Of a stretch of 64,000 bases of DNA, positions 63,909 to 64,000 are shown in pieces. The notes beneath the pieces are model-generated. The model was not told the DNA's origin and searched no databases. It saw only the letters and a program-made list of their open reading frames with translations. Within the stretch, counting starts at the first letter, position 1, and each line of letters begins with the position of its first letter. Both the position numbers and the translations under genes were made by a program. The DNA lies in the NCBI RefSeq assembly GCF_018977255.1, contig NW_024704743.1, forward strand, positions 105,588,001-105,652,000, in the 5' to 3' direction. The DNA is from Callorhinchus milii. Lineage: Eukaryota.

Positions 63909-64000
63909 TTGTTGCACGGCGACCGCCTGTTTTTTTGGGGGGAAAAAAACAGCTTTAACTTACACCTGCAAAACGTGTTTTCTCCCATTTGAAGAACTTT

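Larger units (their letters stand above)
63050..63930. promoter_or_regulatory. CpG island at the ATP6V1H 5' end
   Basis: GC- and CpG-dense, with a (CG)n tract at about 63230-63248. Confidence 0.8.

Noticed and set aside
1..64000. CRISPR arrays, operons or prokaryotic defence systems
   Set aside because: The DNA is eukaryotic and spliced; recurring short motifs are SINE/LINE tails at irregular spacing.

Overview
Vertebrate genomic DNA, probably from a cartilaginous fish; the SINE/L2/CR1/Penelope repeat repertoire resembles elephant shark, but that assignment is inference. Two genes lie on the minus strand in the same order and orientation as human 8q11.23. (1) A complete ATP6V1H (V-ATPase V1 subunit H): a non-coding exon 1 and CpG-rich promoter with three CLEAR/M-box E-boxes at about 63.7-63.9 kb, and 13 coding exons from 59348 to 31202 that splice with GT-AG into a 1449-nt, 482-aa ORF. 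(2) The 5' part of OPRK1 (kappa opioid receptor): first coding exon 7494-7756; later exons were not found in the window and presumably lie left of it. The rest is rich in L2 and CR1 LINE fragments, tRNA-derived SINEs, Penelope-like terminal repeats with hammerhead-like cores, a Tigger-like MITE and Harbinger transposase fossils. The least explained signals are several 150-420 bp hairpin-dense segments (best at 27221-27642 and a diverged pair at 44489-44870 and 45300-45720), a recent inverted copy of a composite repeat junction bracketing the last ATP6V1H exon, and an older inverted duplication of about 0.85 kb. All base-pairing was found by eye, with no folding or database searches. Repeat boundaries are approximate.
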